Of a stretch of DNA of 64,000 bases, positions 17,848 to 27,899 are shown piece after piece. Within the stretch, counting starts at the first letter, position 1, and the number at the start of each line of letters is the position of its first letter. The DNA is taken from the sequence record LR756502.1; one strand, given 5' to 3'. A program made the position numbers and the translations under genes. The notes beneath the pieces are model-generated. The model saw only the letters and a program-made list of their open reading frames with translations. It made no database searches and was not told the DNA's origin.

Positions 17848-18618
17848 TCATTTCCATATTTTTTCCAGATCTATCTTTGAGCTAATATCTATTATTCTAT
17901 CTCCTTTTTTTAGCGCATACCTATGTAGATAGATAAATAGCTTACATATCTTTGAGATTTTTTTTGTCTCGGATGATTCAAGATCAAAGTTAAATATCTG
18001 TATTAGGTTTTCGATTTCGGAGAATGTTACGGTTCTTTTTGATCCAAGAAAGTTCATAAATTCATAGTTGTAGTCATTATACTTAACCGCGTCTGAATCA
18101 TGTTGCTTACTTATTAAAAAGTTTGTTAAACTATTCTCTATACCAATCGATGGTAGTGAATACCTATACCCATCAATAATAAAAACTCTTTCATCACCAT
18201 TATAATATTTCATTGTATCATCATTTATCTCAAAATAGTTAAATGAATTCTTACCAAACTCTATAATATCCTGTTTACCGATTTCATCATTGAAATAACT
18301 AACTGTTACTGGCTTATTCTTTGTCAATTTTACAATTTCTAAGAATATGAATACGATGTCAATACTTTTTATGTCATTGAATGTGTATCCTGGGGATAGA
18401 ATGCAATTGTTCTCAACAATTCTTTTAAGTCTTGTTAGCACCACACCCAAATCATCTTTTATGTAGTTATATTCATATTCGATTATATCACCAACGTCTG
18501 CTTTCTTAACCCATATTTCAAACCCGTCTTTGTAAAATAGTCCTTGTGATGGTAGAGACTTAACATCTACCTTTTTCTGTAGATTCAATAATACTTTAAT
18601 AACGTTTGATAAGCTCAT
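17848..18618 (-). CDS. Baseplate hub assembly protein (T4 gp26-like), tentative
   Basis: LPSQGLFY, IVENNC, IKSIDIVFIFLEIVKLT pattern; start moved to ATG 18618 below TAATATATA at 18638-18646. Confidence 0.55.
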   Translation of the reverse strand: MSLSNVIKVLLNLQKKVDVKSLPSQGLFYKDGFEIWVKKADVGDIIEYEYNYIKDDLGVVLTRLKRIVENNCILSPGYTFNDIKSIDIVFIFLEIVKLTKNKPVTVSYFNDEIGKQDIIEFGKNSFNYFEINDDTMKYYNGDERVFIIDGYRYSLPSIGIENSLTNFLISKQHDSDAVKYNDYNYEFMNFLGSKRTVTFSEIENLIQIFNFDLESSETKKISKICKLFIYLHRYALKKGDRIIDISSKIDLEKIWK

Positions 18619-18637
18619 AAAATTTATTAATTTTTGG

Positions 18638-18646
18638 TATATATTA
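18638..18646 (-). promoter_or_regulatory. Putative late promoter TAATATATA
   Basis: Upstream of 18618. Confidence 0.7.
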
Positions 18647-18694
18647 AATTTATTCCTTTTCTGGAGGAAGTCATGAGGCAAGAATATATAAATC

Positions 18695-19405
18695 ATGTTA
18701 TTGATAAATGATGATTGTTTCAACTATTTTAAGGAAATAAAGAATAATTCTATTGACTGTATAATAACAGACCCACCATATTTAATATCAAGAAAATCCA
18801 ACTTCAAAAATCACTCACATTCTACTGAGAAATTTATGGTTAATAAGTACGATATATCTATTGATTTTGGTGAGTGGGATAAAGAAGATATTGATTGGGA
18901 TTTACTATTTAAGGAGTATTATAGAGTTTTGAGAAATGGTGGTACATTGTTAATATTTTTTGATATTTGGAAATCAAATATAATTAAGGAATTTGCTGAG
19001 AAAAATAAGTTTAAGCAACCAAGAATTTGTTCTTGGGTAAAAAATAATCCAGTGCCTATTAATTCAAAGTTAAACTATTTATCAAACTCCACTGAATATT
19101 TTTTCACCTTTGTTAAGGATAAGAAGCCAACATTTAATTCAGAGTATGATAATGGTATATATAGATACCCACTCTGTCATGGGAAGGAAAGGTTGGATCA
19201 CCCGACTCAAAAGCCACTTGGATTGATATCCGACTTGGTATTAAAACATACAAATATTGGTGATCTTGTACTTGATACCTTTGCTGGTGTTGGTACAACT
19301 GGTGAGGCATGTTCTATTAATAATAGAGACTTTATTCTTATTGAAAGAGATAAAAAATATTTTGACATACTAAATAAAAGATTAAGTTGTTGTAAACAAA
19401 AGTAA
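18695..19405 (+). CDS. DNA adenine/N4-cytosine methyltransferase (beta class)
   Basis: IITDPPY precedes HPTQKP and VLDTFAGVGTT. Confidence 0.92.
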   Translation: MLLINDDCFNYFKEIKNNSIDCIITDPPYLISRKSNFKNHSHSTEKFMVNKYDISIDFGEWDKEDIDWDLLFKEYYRVLRNGGTLLIFFDIWKSNIIKEFAEKNKFKQPRICSWVKNNPVPINSKLNYLSNSTEYFFTFVKDKKPTFNSEYDNGIYRYPLCHGKERLDHPTQKPLGLISDLVLKHTNIGDLVLDTFAGVGTTGEACSINNRDFILIERDKKYFDILNKRLSCCKQK

Positions 19406-19412
19406 ATATCAG

Positions 19413-19421
19413 TAATATATA
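19413..19421 (+). promoter_or_regulatory. Putative late promoter TAATATATA
   Basis: Upstream of 19443. Confidence 0.65.
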
Positions 19422-19442
19422 ATAAAAATGAAGTAATGTAAT

Positions 19443-19844
19443 ATGAGTATAAAAGTAAAAAATTCACAATTAAATAATGATACTATAGCGGCTTTAAATA
19501 CCCTAATAGATATGGATATTAACGCTGGATCTGCATTTAGACTGACTAGAATAATAAAAGAAATATCATCCATTGTTGATGATAAAATAAAGCTTGAAAA
19601 AAGAATACTTGATAAGTGGGTTGAAAAGGACCAGAACGGTGAGGTTATTAGACCAACTGACGAATCCGGTAATATTGTAGAGGGTGCTGTTAATATAAGT
19701 GATGTTGCTTCTTTCACTAAAGAAATGGATGCATTAATGAATACTGAGAATGATATTCCTTACGATAAGTTAAAATTTGAGGATTTAAATCTAGCCACTG
19801 CTAAGGTTAAGGATTTAATTAAATTGGATTTTCTATTTGATTAA
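19443..19844 (+). CDS. Hypothetical protein (possible tail or fibre assembly chaperone)
   Basis: Helical 133-aa ORF after TAATATATA, near fibre-like genes; function is a guess. Confidence 0.6.
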   Translation: MSIKVKNSQLNNDTIAALNTLIDMDINAGSAFRLTRIIKEISSIVDDKIKLEKRILDKWVEKDQNGEVIRPTDESGNIVEGAVNISDVASFTKEMDALMNTENDIPYDKLKFEDLNLATAKVKDLIKLDFLFD

Positions 19845-20104
19845 TTTATAATTATCCTTTTATGATAAAATTCATCATTTGATGAACCATCTATCCTGTA
19901 AATTCCATAATTTACAGGATATTTTTCTGTATTGGTACCAACTAATACTCCGTTTATCTTTTGAATATAAAATACCGAGAATACGCTTTCATTTAGTGTA
20001 TTTGTTATTACCATCAATATTTTTCCTGATGATTTTTCACTTTTTGTCGTAAAGCTTGTTGTTAGAAGAACAACTGCTAATAGGGTGATAATTATAGATT
20101 TCAT
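19841..20104 (-). CDS. Small protein with signal-peptide-like N-terminus
   Basis: MKSIIITLLAVVLLTTSF. Confidence 0.65.
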   Translation of the reverse strand: MKSIIITLLAVVLLTTSFTTKSEKSSGKILMVITNTLNESVFSVFYIQKINGVLVGTNTEKYPVNYGIYRIDGSSNDEFYHKRIIIN

Positions 20105-20182
20105 AATAATACCTTTTTTTGGTTTAACGAGTTAATTGTAAAAAGGTTTCGTTGGTATTTTTATTTTAACCAATACTGATTT

Positions 20183-20191
20183 TAATATATA
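20183..20191 (+). promoter_or_regulatory. Putative late promoter TAATATATA
   Basis: Upstream of structural gene 20213. Confidence 0.7.
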
Positions 20192-20212
20192 TGGTTATAA
20201 AAATATATAAAT

Positions 20213-21796
20213 ATGCCAGCAACATTCAGTATAAATGTAGGTACTCCTACAGAATCAGCTAGAAAGCAAGACATCTATACTGTATTACAGGATATACCTG
20301 ATAATACTTCAAAACTAATAACACCAAGAGATGTCAGAGATGCTATATTTTCTGTTTGGGCCAATTCTGTTTTCAAACAGACCACTGGTACGTCATCTAT
20401 TGAATATATTGGAATTGATTCAAATAATCCTTCAAATAGAGATATTAAACAAAAAATATTCATTGGTAAAAGAAATTTCGGCGGAAATGATATAATGAAT
20501 AATTCTCTGCTATCTAGTTCAAATGAGACTGATATATTTCTATTCAATACTAAGTCTGATTCAACAACACAATCAGCTACTAAGATTTCAATACTATCCG
20601 GTACAGATTCTTCGTTATACGCATATGCTCCATATATAAAATCGGAGTTCATAAGTGATGGTGGTGTTGATAATATTGCATTGGATATAGTTAATCCATC
20701 TCTATTTGGTGGACCTATTAATATTTATAGTCCAAGTGGTAGAATTTCTATAAATAATATAATATTTCCAACAATTGCTGAGTCATCCGCATCCGCTTCG
20801 AACGGTAAAATACTTAGATATAGTGGTGTTTATCCAAATGGCTCACTTGTTTGGAGTAATGATACTGTTAGTATTGCTAATATTGGAGCAACTGGGTCAC
20901 CGACAAATATATTTGGTAGTCCTGTTCTAATAAATGGTTCACCGATGGTCTTTAGTGATGATACTCCACTTCCTTTACCTGTTGGTGGTCTTACACAAGG
21001 AAGTACATTTAGTGATGTTACTATTGTTGAAATGTTAAATAGAATACTTTATCCATATGTGCCTCCTGCTTTATCTTTATCACTAGTTAATAGTTCAGGA
21101 ACAACATATTCCGAATTTGGTACAACTGCCTCAATTGTTTTATCATATAGTATTACAAAGTATTCAGAGGATATATCAGATGCTTATATAGATGGTACAA
21201 CATTTTCTGGTATTACTTTTTCATCTTCACCTGGTGGTATTTTAAGCGGTACTTTGAGTGGGTCCACACATTCAGCTCTTATTGGGTCAAAAAGCTATGT
21301 TATGAAAGTATCTGATGATCCTGTTTGGTTATTTGCATCACATAGTGCAACTGCCTCACTTAATTTCGTTTATCCATCATTTTCTGGATTTAGTCCGGTT
21401 CCAATTTATGTTAGCCCATTATCTGGTTATGTTGCATCTACTCTTATAATGGCATCTAGTTCAATATCATCAAGAATTAGTATACCGTCACCTGGATCAC
21501 AATCAATATCAATATATTATAGTGGTAGTGGATATTTATTTTTTGCAATGCCCGAATCATATCCAGTTTTTAGATATGCTAAGGATCCTAATGGATACAT
21601 TATTCATGATTATGCTGATATATCATCCTCTGTGTTTTTTACCGGCACTCAGTCTAATAGCGTACCTTCATACCTAGGTCAATATCCTACAATAGTACCA
21701 ACTGGTGGTGGTCCAACATACTCACTTGCTGTTAGGTTTTGGGTAACAAACGCTACTTGTAGCTATCCTGGAGGTAATTTTGAATTTATATTCTAA
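20213..21796 (+). CDS. Ser/Thr-rich virion structural protein (paralog A)
   Basis: 527 aa, S/T/G rich; extensive similarity to next ORF; late promoter at 20183. Confidence 0.7.
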   Translation: MPATFSINVGTPTESARKQDIYTVLQDIPDNTSKLITPRDVRDAIFSVWANSVFKQTTGTSSIEYIGIDSNNPSNRDIKQKIFIGKRNFGGNDIMNNSLLSSSNETDIFLFNTKSDSTTQSATKISILSGTDSSLYAYAPYIKSEFISDGGVDNIALDIVNPSLFGGPINIYSPSGRISINNIIFPTIAESSASASNGKILRYSGVYPNGSLVWSNDTVSIANIGATGSPTNIFGSPVLINGSPMVFSDDTPLPLPVGGLTQGSTFSDVTIVEMLNRILYPYVPPALSLSLVNSSGTTYSEFGTTASIVLSYSITKYSEDISDAYIDGTTFSGITFSSSPGGILSGTLSGSTHSALIGSKSYVMKVSDDPVWLFASHSATASLNFVYPSFSGFSPVPIYVSPLSGYVASTLIMASSSISSRISIPSPGSQSISIYYSGSGYLFFAMPESYPVFRYAKDPNGYIIHDYADISSSVFFTGTQSNSVPSYLGQYPTIVPTGGGPTYSLAVRFWVTNATCSYPGGNFEFIF

Positions 21797-21798
21797 CT

Positions 21799-23259
21799 AT
21801 GCCAACATATAGTGTAAACATATCACAACCCACAGAGTCCACATCTTATATGGATATTGATTATATTATTAGTAAGTTGCCTGATAATACCGACAAGGAA
21901 ATAGATCCAAGAGACATTAGAGACGCTTCTATTTCTAATTGGGATGTCCCATCATTCAAGGAGACAAAGGCTACTGCTTCAACAATATCATATATTGGTA
22001 TTGATTCTGGTGATGCTGCTTATAGAGATGTGAAGTCGAAGATATTCTTTGGTAAAAGGGAGTTTAGCTCTAGTGAACTTATGAGCGTTTCATTATTATC
22101 ACCAACTATGAGTGATACTGATATATTTTTATTTAATACTAAGAAAGATTCAATATCTCAATTAAAAACAAGAATTTCTATACTAGCTGGAACCGATGCA
22201 TCTTTATATAGTGTTGCTCCATATTTGCAATCACAAACAGTTACTGGTACAGCTGGTCAGGTTTTATCTTTTGATATAGTTAACCCATCTGGTGGTGATA
22301 TATCAGTGACTAGTGACTATGGGACAGTATCACTAAATGGTATTATTTATCCAACCATTGTTGATACTGGATTATCTGCTTCTAGTAATAGAGTATTGAG
22401 GTATAATGATGGTCAATTATATTGGGATGATATTATAACAAACTTTTATGATACGGTTGGGACAAGTAGTTCTGTGTTGAATATATTTGGTACACCTGTT
22501 TTGATTAATGGATCACCAATTGAATTTACAAGTTCAAAGGAAACACCAGTTGCCTTTAATGGTGTTTCGATGGGTAGATCATTTGATAGTGCTGCTATAG
22601 TTGAGGTTTTAAGAGAGATATTATATCCTTATTTATCCCCACTTTGTACACTTAGTATAAATCAATCTGTGGCTGAATTTGGAACATTTCCATCAATCTC
22701 ACTAGATTATAGTGTAACTAAAAGAACACTTAGTGTTACAACTGTACTTAGTAATATGATACCCGGATCAATATCTCCAATAGTATCTAGTAGTAACGTG
22801 ACCGTATTTGGGTCAGCATCTGGTGTATACATATCAAATACTGATACTATATTTAAAATAACATCAAGTGATGGAACTCAATCCGCATCTGCATCACAGA
22901 CATTAAACTTCGTTTATCCTTACTTTTCTGGACTGCTTAGTAGTTCATCAATAGGATTTTCTGGACTATCCACATTGGATAAAATAGTGGATTCTCAAAA
23001 TGATCAGTTAGTTGGATTGATTGGATCTGGATATATTTACTTTATATATGATAATGACTATCCAGTTCTTAATAAAATATTGGCGGATGATATTGAAGTA
23101 TATGGTGCTAGTAGTAGTATGTCATCATTTACTCATAGTGTTGTTACACTAACATCACCGGATTGGCTTTGGGCCTCTCATCAGTTTAAGGTTTATAGAA
23201 GTATGACATCCTCATACTCTTTTATACCTCCTGCTGCAAATTATCAATTTAAGTACTAA
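21799..23259 (+). CDS. Ser/Thr-rich virion structural protein (paralog B)
   Basis: Shares PDNT.K.I.PRD.RDA, YIGIDS, TDIFLFNTK.DS, DIVNPS..GG with the previous ORF. Confidence 0.7.
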   Translation: MPTYSVNISQPTESTSYMDIDYIISKLPDNTDKEIDPRDIRDASISNWDVPSFKETKATASTISYIGIDSGDAAYRDVKSKIFFGKREFSSSELMSVSLLSPTMSDTDIFLFNTKKDSISQLKTRISILAGTDASLYSVAPYLQSQTVTGTAGQVLSFDIVNPSGGDISVTSDYGTVSLNGIIYPTIVDTGLSASSNRVLRYNDGQLYWDDIITNFYDTVGTSSSVLNIFGTPVLINGSPIEFTSSKETPVAFNGVSMGRSFDSAAIVEVLREILYPYLSPLCTLSINQSVAEFGTFPSISLDYSVTKRTLSVTTVLSNMIPGSISPIVSSSNVTVFGSASGVYISNTDTIFKITSSDGTQSASASQTLNFVYPYFSGLLSSSSIGFSGLSTLDKIVDSQNDQLVGLIGSGYIYFIYDNDYPVLNKILADDIEVYGASSSMSSFTHSVVTLTSPDWLWASHQFKVYRSMTSSYSFIPPAANYQFKY

Positions 23260-23264
23260 AAAAT

Positions 23265-23273
23265 TAATATATA
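23265..23273 (+). promoter_or_regulatory. Putative late promoter TAATATATA
   Basis: 4 nt before ATG 23278. Confidence 0.7.
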
Positions 23274-23277
23274 ATAC

Positions 23278-24726
23278 ATGCCAATTAATATAATAGACGG
23301 ATTTAATCTAAATAAATTAGGACCAATTGATACAAGAATGGTTGCTACCGGGTCTTCTGCTAGAAATTCTATAGCATGGAAGTATGATGGTTTAAAAGTA
23401 TTTGATACATCTGATAGAAAAACATATGTTTGGGCAACATCATCATGGACAGTGGAGGGTGAATTGGGATTGGTTGATGGTTATGTTCCTAAATTCTCAT
23501 CCGCTGGTTTAACAAACTCTATTATTTATGCAACATCTAGCTTTATTGGTCTTAACACAACTGATCCAAAGTCATCTATGCAAATTAATAGTGCTTATGG
23601 TAACCCATTTAGTATAGATAAGTCTACTACTGGTACAATATTAGGTCATAATTATTATAGTGGCGGATCATTTAGTAGTGATGGTTCTTCATACTTTGAG
23701 ATGAAATCTAATGGTGCTTTAATTATAAGAAACAGAGCATCTTCTGGATCATTTATAGATACTATGTATATAACGGCTACTGGTAGTGTTGGTATTGGGG
23801 TTACAGTTTCTACATTACCAGCATTTAAATTGGATGTTAGAAATGGTCTAATAAGCTCAAACTCCTCAACATTAATATCTAATATTCAGTGTGCTGTTAC
23901 TACATGGAAGGATGATGTTCATTTTTTAATTGGTAATATTAACTCAGGTACGTTTGTTAACGCTGGTGCTTTGCAAGTAACATCCGGTGGTGGTTATGGC
24001 AATGGTAGTATTGGTACTACACCATACAACCTACTATTACAACCAGCTGGTGGTCAGGTTTACTTTGGTGGTGGTTCTGTTGGTACTCCAGCTTTATCGT
24101 TTACATCAAGTGGTACTACTGGTATTTATTCACCAGCTGTTGGTGATTTTGCTGTATCTATACTTGGATCTCAAAAAGTTAGACTTACTTCTACCGGTGA
24201 TTTCTATGCTAATATTCATAATATTTCTGGTGCTGGTACATCATCATATCTAGGTCCTATTATATCATCTGGTACATATAACCCAGTTGCTGGATTCTTA
24301 ATTAATTGTACTGTCTCTACTATAAATAAAGTATCTTTATTTGGTGCTTATATTATAAGCCCACTTAACTCATATTGGTCAAGAGTTGGTAATGTTGTTA
24401 CTGTTTCTGGTAATCTTGGAATTATACCAACTACCGCTAATATAGCTACATCTTTTCAGTTAAGCTTACCAATACCTACATCATTTAGTTCTCTTGGTAA
24501 TCCTTTGGTTGATTATACTACTTGGAGACTAGGTGGGTCCGGAACAGTGATTACATCAACTGGGGTATCATCATCTAGTTGTCATATATATGGTAATGGT
24601 ATCTCAACTATTAATGGTAGTTCTACAGTTTCTTTTCAGTTTTATCCACCTGTTGGAACGGTTGGTACTACACAGAATTTTTTAAGTTATACATATCAGT
24701 ATCTACTTGATGCTCAGGCTGCTTAA
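23278..24726 (+). CDS. Tail-fibre-like virion protein
   Basis: MPINIIDGFNL..PIDTR start; fibre-like G/S/T beta repeats (FIGLNT, SVGIG, RLTSTG, WSRVGNVVTV). Confidence 0.65.
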   Translation: MPINIIDGFNLNKLGPIDTRMVATGSSARNSIAWKYDGLKVFDTSDRKTYVWATSSWTVEGELGLVDGYVPKFSSAGLTNSIIYATSSFIGLNTTDPKSSMQINSAYGNPFSIDKSTTGTILGHNYYSGGSFSSDGSSYFEMKSNGALIIRNRASSGSFIDTMYITATGSVGIGVTVSTLPAFKLDVRNGLISSNSSTLISNIQCAVTTWKDDVHFLIGNINSGTFVNAGALQVTSGGGYGNGSIGTTPYNLLLQPAGGQVYFGGGSVGTPALSFTSSGTTGIYSPAVGDFAVSILGSQKVRLTSTGDFYANIHNISGAGTSSYLGPIISSGTYNPVAGFLINCTVSTINKVSLFGAYIISPLNSYWSRVGNVVTVSGNLGIIPTTANIATSFQLSLPIPTSFSSLGNPLVDYTTWRLGGSGTVITSTGVSSSSCHIYGNGISTINGSSTVSFQFYPPVGTVGTTQNFLSYTYQYLLDAQAA

Positions 24727-25406
24727 TCTGAAATTTTATCAAACCACCAATTGAAGTATATGAAGTTATCTCCTACTAGGTTGTAGAGTTCATTATCATG
24801 TCTGATAACCATTTTTGTATCAAAGGATCTTACTAATTCTACTTCAGCTCCTTTGTCCATATTTAGCATTTTACCAGTATCTACACTATAACAGATAATA
24901 TCATTGTTTATTAATTTATATTTACCTTGTTCTGGTTTAAGCCAAGTTTTAATAACCTTTGCTATTAATCCTTTCGTTTTTATGACCCATTCTTTTGTCT
25001 GAAATAAATCTTTATCTTTAAATACCTCAGAGTGTACATCAGGGTATGTTAGTATATTTTTAATAACTGCCCAATATTCCTCCTCATCAATAACAAAAGA
25101 TACATAAGCATCATAGTTGATGTTATCAACCTTAACTATCCTTAGAACCTTCATACTTTTAATATTTTGGCTCTCTAATCCAATTTTGCTTCTTAGATTC
25201 TTATATGCGTTAGTTCCTGATATGTTAAATAGAATATCATCAATTCTAGACATGGCTTGTCTTAGACTGTCTTGGTGTTTATCAAATGCGTTTATGGATA
25301 ATTGTGGATCATCTACATGCATTGATGGTTGTACAGAATCAGCATTCATCCTTTGTAGGTTAAACTCGGTGAATTCTAATATTAATCTGCTTTTTCTATC
25401 TTTCAT
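24723..25406 (-). CDS. Hypothetical protein (late)
   Basis: 227 aa; RLILEFTEF; TAATATATA at 25416-25424. Confidence 0.75.
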   Translation of the reverse strand: MKDRKSRLILEFTEFNLQRMNADSVQPSMHVDDPQLSINAFDKHQDSLRQAMSRIDDILFNISGTNAYKNLRSKIGLESQNIKSMKVLRIVKVDNINYDAYVSFVIDEEEYWAVIKNILTYPDVHSEVFKDKDLFQTKEWVIKTKGLIAKVIKTWLKPEQGKYKLINNDIICYSVDTGKMLNMDKGAEVELVRSFDTKMVIRHDNELYNLVGDNFIYFNWWFDKISD

Positions 25407-25415
25407 ATATGAATA

Positions 25416-25424
25416 TATATATTA
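25416..25424 (-). promoter_or_regulatory. Putative late promoter TAATATATA
   Basis: Upstream of 25406. Confidence 0.7.
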
Positions 25425-25474
25425 AATAGTTACAACTATTTTATGCAAAAATCGTATAAAAAATAATATGTATT

Positions 25475-25786
25475 ATGAAGAAAATTAGAAAATTTAATGA
25501 ATCTGATGAGCAGGTAGATATTTCTGGTGAAAGAATTGATGAGATAATATCTGAACTAAAGGAGTTTGCCTCTTTGATAGATGCAAAAAGAGAAATGGTT
25601 GAGAGTCTATCAAATGAGATGAATAACTATAAGGGGTTATCAAAGAATGGTAATGACCAAATTGATGACTCTGTATCTAACCTACAATTGATTAAAAGCT
25701 ATATTGTTGATTGTAATGAAAAGATTGATAATGTTGTTAATAACATGAATGATTACAATGAAAATGGTAGAAAGTACTTATACTAA
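25475..25786 (+). CDS. Coiled-coil protein, CTS-like N-terminus
   Basis: MKKIRKFNES; heptad pattern. Confidence 0.7.
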   Translation: MKKIRKFNESDEQVDISGERIDEIISELKEFASLIDAKREMVESLSNEMNNYKGLSKNGNDQIDDSVSNLQLIKSYIVDCNEKIDNVVNNMNDYNENGRKYLY

Positions 25787-25830
25787 TAAACTTTAATTTT
25801 TACAAACAATATAAAAAATAAACTGGTAAC

Positions 25831-27756
25831 ATGAATTTACTGAATCTAATTAAGAAAAACTTTGAGTCTGAGATAAATGACTTATCTATTCAAGAGTATT
25901 TGAATATGTGTAAGAAGGACAAGAAGATATACTCATCTCCATCTGAGAGAATGTTAGAATCTATTGGTGAGCCTGAAGTAATAGAGACTGAGTTAGATGA
26001 AAGACTAAGCAGAATCTACTCAAATAAAATTATTAAAAGATATCCAGCTTTTGCTGAGTTCTATGGAATGGAAGAGACAATTGAACAGATTGTTTCATTC
26101 TTTAGACACGCGTCTCAGGGATTGGAGGAGAAGAAGCAAATACTTTACTTACTTGGTCCTGTTGGTGGTGGTAAGTCTTCACTGGCTGAGAGATTGAAGC
26201 AATTAATGGAGAGAAATTCAATCTATGTTCTTGTTTCTGACGCTGGTGAAGTTTCTCCTGTTTGGGAGAGTCCGCTTGGTTTATTTGTAAACTATAGAGC
26301 CGAATTAGAATCTGAGTATGGTATTGAAAAAAGATATATTCCTTCTTGTCCATCTCCTTGGGTCACAAAGAGATTACAAGAGTATAATGGTGATATAACA
26401 AAGTTTTCTGTTAGAAAAGTTAAGATGTCAATACAGTCACAAATTGGTATATCTAAAGTAGAACCAGGTGATGAGAATAATCAAGATATATCAGCACTTG
26501 TTGGTAAAGTAGATATTCGTAAACTTGCTGAGTTTCCACAAAATGATGCTGATGCTTATAATTACTCAGGATCTTTATGTAAGTCAAACCAAGGTCTTAT
26601 GGAGTTTGTTGAGATGTTTAAAGCACCTATAAAAGTATTACATCCTTTATTAACAGCTACTCAGGAGGGCAATTATAATGGAACTGAGGCTATACCAGCT
26701 ATTCCATTTCAGGGTATTATATTAGCCCACTCAAATGAGTCTGAGTGGGAGTCATTTTCTAATGATAAAAAGAATGAGGCTTTCCTTGATCGTGTTTATA
26801 TTGTAAGAGTTCCTTATTGTTTAAGAATTGCCGAGGAGGTTCAGATTTATAAAAAATTATTAAATAGCTCATCATTATCACAAGCTTCTTGTGCACCACA
26901 GACATTAGATTTACTAGCTCAGTTTTGTGTAATGACTAGAATGAAGAGACCGGAAAACTCATTATTATACTCTAAAATGAGGGTTTATAATGGTGAGAGT
27001 TTGAAGGAAAGTGATCCAAAGTCTAAATCACTACAAGAATATAAAGATGATGCTGGTATTGCTGAGGGTATGAATGGTATATCTACTAGATTTGCATTCA
27101 AAGTACTTTCTAAGGTATTTAATCATGATTCAGAAGAAGTAGCTGCTAATCCTGTACATTTATTCTATGTTCTTGAACAAGAAATTGTTAAGATACAAAT
27201 GCCAAAAGATGTTGAGGAGTACTATTTGAATATACTTAAGTCTACAATAACATCAAAATATGCTGATTTTATTGGAGATGAGATACAAAAGGCTTATGTT
27301 GATTCATATCAAGAGTATGGTCAAAATTTATTCGAAAGATATGTTACATACGCTGACCACTGGTGTCAAGATAATGATTTTCGTGATCCTGAAACTGCTC
27401 AGCAGTTTGATAGGGCTACTCTTAATGAAGAGTTGGAGAAAATTGAAAAACCAGCAGGTATTGCTAACCCAAAAGATTTCAGAAATGATGTTGTTCAATT
27501 TTATTTAAGACATAGAGCTAAAAATGGTAAATCTCCATCTTGGAATTCATATGAGAAAATTAAAAATGTAATAGAAAAAAGAATCTTCTCAAAAACAGAA
27601 GATCTTATTCCAGTTATATCGTTTACGAGTAAAGCATCAAAAGATGAAGAAAAGAAACATAGTGAGTTCATTAATAGAATGAAGGAAAGAGGATATACTA
27701 GAAAGCAAATAAAGTTACTTACTGATTGGTATTTAAGAATTAGAAAGTCATCCTAA
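25831..27756 (+). CDS. prkA: PrkA/YeaG family AAA+ protein (annotated serine kinase)
   Basis: YGMEETIEQIV, LLGPVGGGKSS, EPGDENNQDIS, EFVEMFKA, AHSNESEW, AFLDR. Confidence 0.95.
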   Translation: MNLLNLIKKNFESEINDLSIQEYLNMCKKDKKIYSSPSERMLESIGEPEVIETELDERLSRIYSNKIIKRYPAFAEFYGMEETIEQIVSFFRHASQGLEEKKQILYLLGPVGGGKSSLAERLKQLMERNSIYVLVSDAGEVSPVWESPLGLFVNYRAELESEYGIEKRYIPSCPSPWVTKRLQEYNGDITKFSVRKVKMSIQSQIGISKVEPGDENNQDISALVGKVDIRKLAEFPQNDADAYNYSGSLCKSNQGLMEFVEMFKAPIKVLHPLLTATQEGNYNGTEAIPAIPFQGIILAHSNESEWESFSNDKKNEAFLDRVYIVRVPYCLRIAEEVQIYKKLLNSSSLSQASCAPQTLDLLAQFCVMTRMKRPENSLLYSKMRVYNGESLKESDPKSKSLQEYKDDAGIAEGMNGISTRFAFKVLSKVFNHDSEEVAANPVHLFYVLEQEIVKIQMPKDVEEYYLNILKSTITSKYADFIGDEIQKAYVDSYQEYGQNLFERYVTYADHWCQDNDFRDPETAQQFDRATLNEELEKIEKPAGIANPKDFRNDVVQFYLRHRAKNGKSPSWNSYEKIKNVIEKRIFSKTEDLIPVISFTSKASKDEEKKHSEFINRMKERGYTRKQIKLLTDWYLRIRKSS

Positions 27757-27899
27757 TGACTCAATATTATTTAGATACTAGGGGTTATAAGAATATTTAT
27801 GGATACCCGGCTCTTTTTGCCTACTATACTAAGATAGATAGTAGAAGGAAAAAAATTAGAAAAATCAAAAAATTACTAGATGGGTATAAATATAGTTGA
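27756..27899 (+). CDS. 47-aa basic micro-protein (not in ORF track)
   Basis: TAATG overlap with prkA stop; MTQYYLDTRGYKNIYGYPALFAYYTKIDSRRKKIRKIKKLLDGYKYS. Confidence 0.55.
   Translation: MTQYYLDTRGYKNIYGYPALFAYYTKIDSRRKKIRKIKKLLDGYKYS

Noticed and set aside
18619-18723. N-terminal extension of 17848..18723 in the track
   Set aside because: It overlaps the divergent MTase start and spans the TAATATATA promoter; ATG 18618 is more plausible. Starts were likewise shortened for 32572, 37756, 43175, 44114 and 52152.
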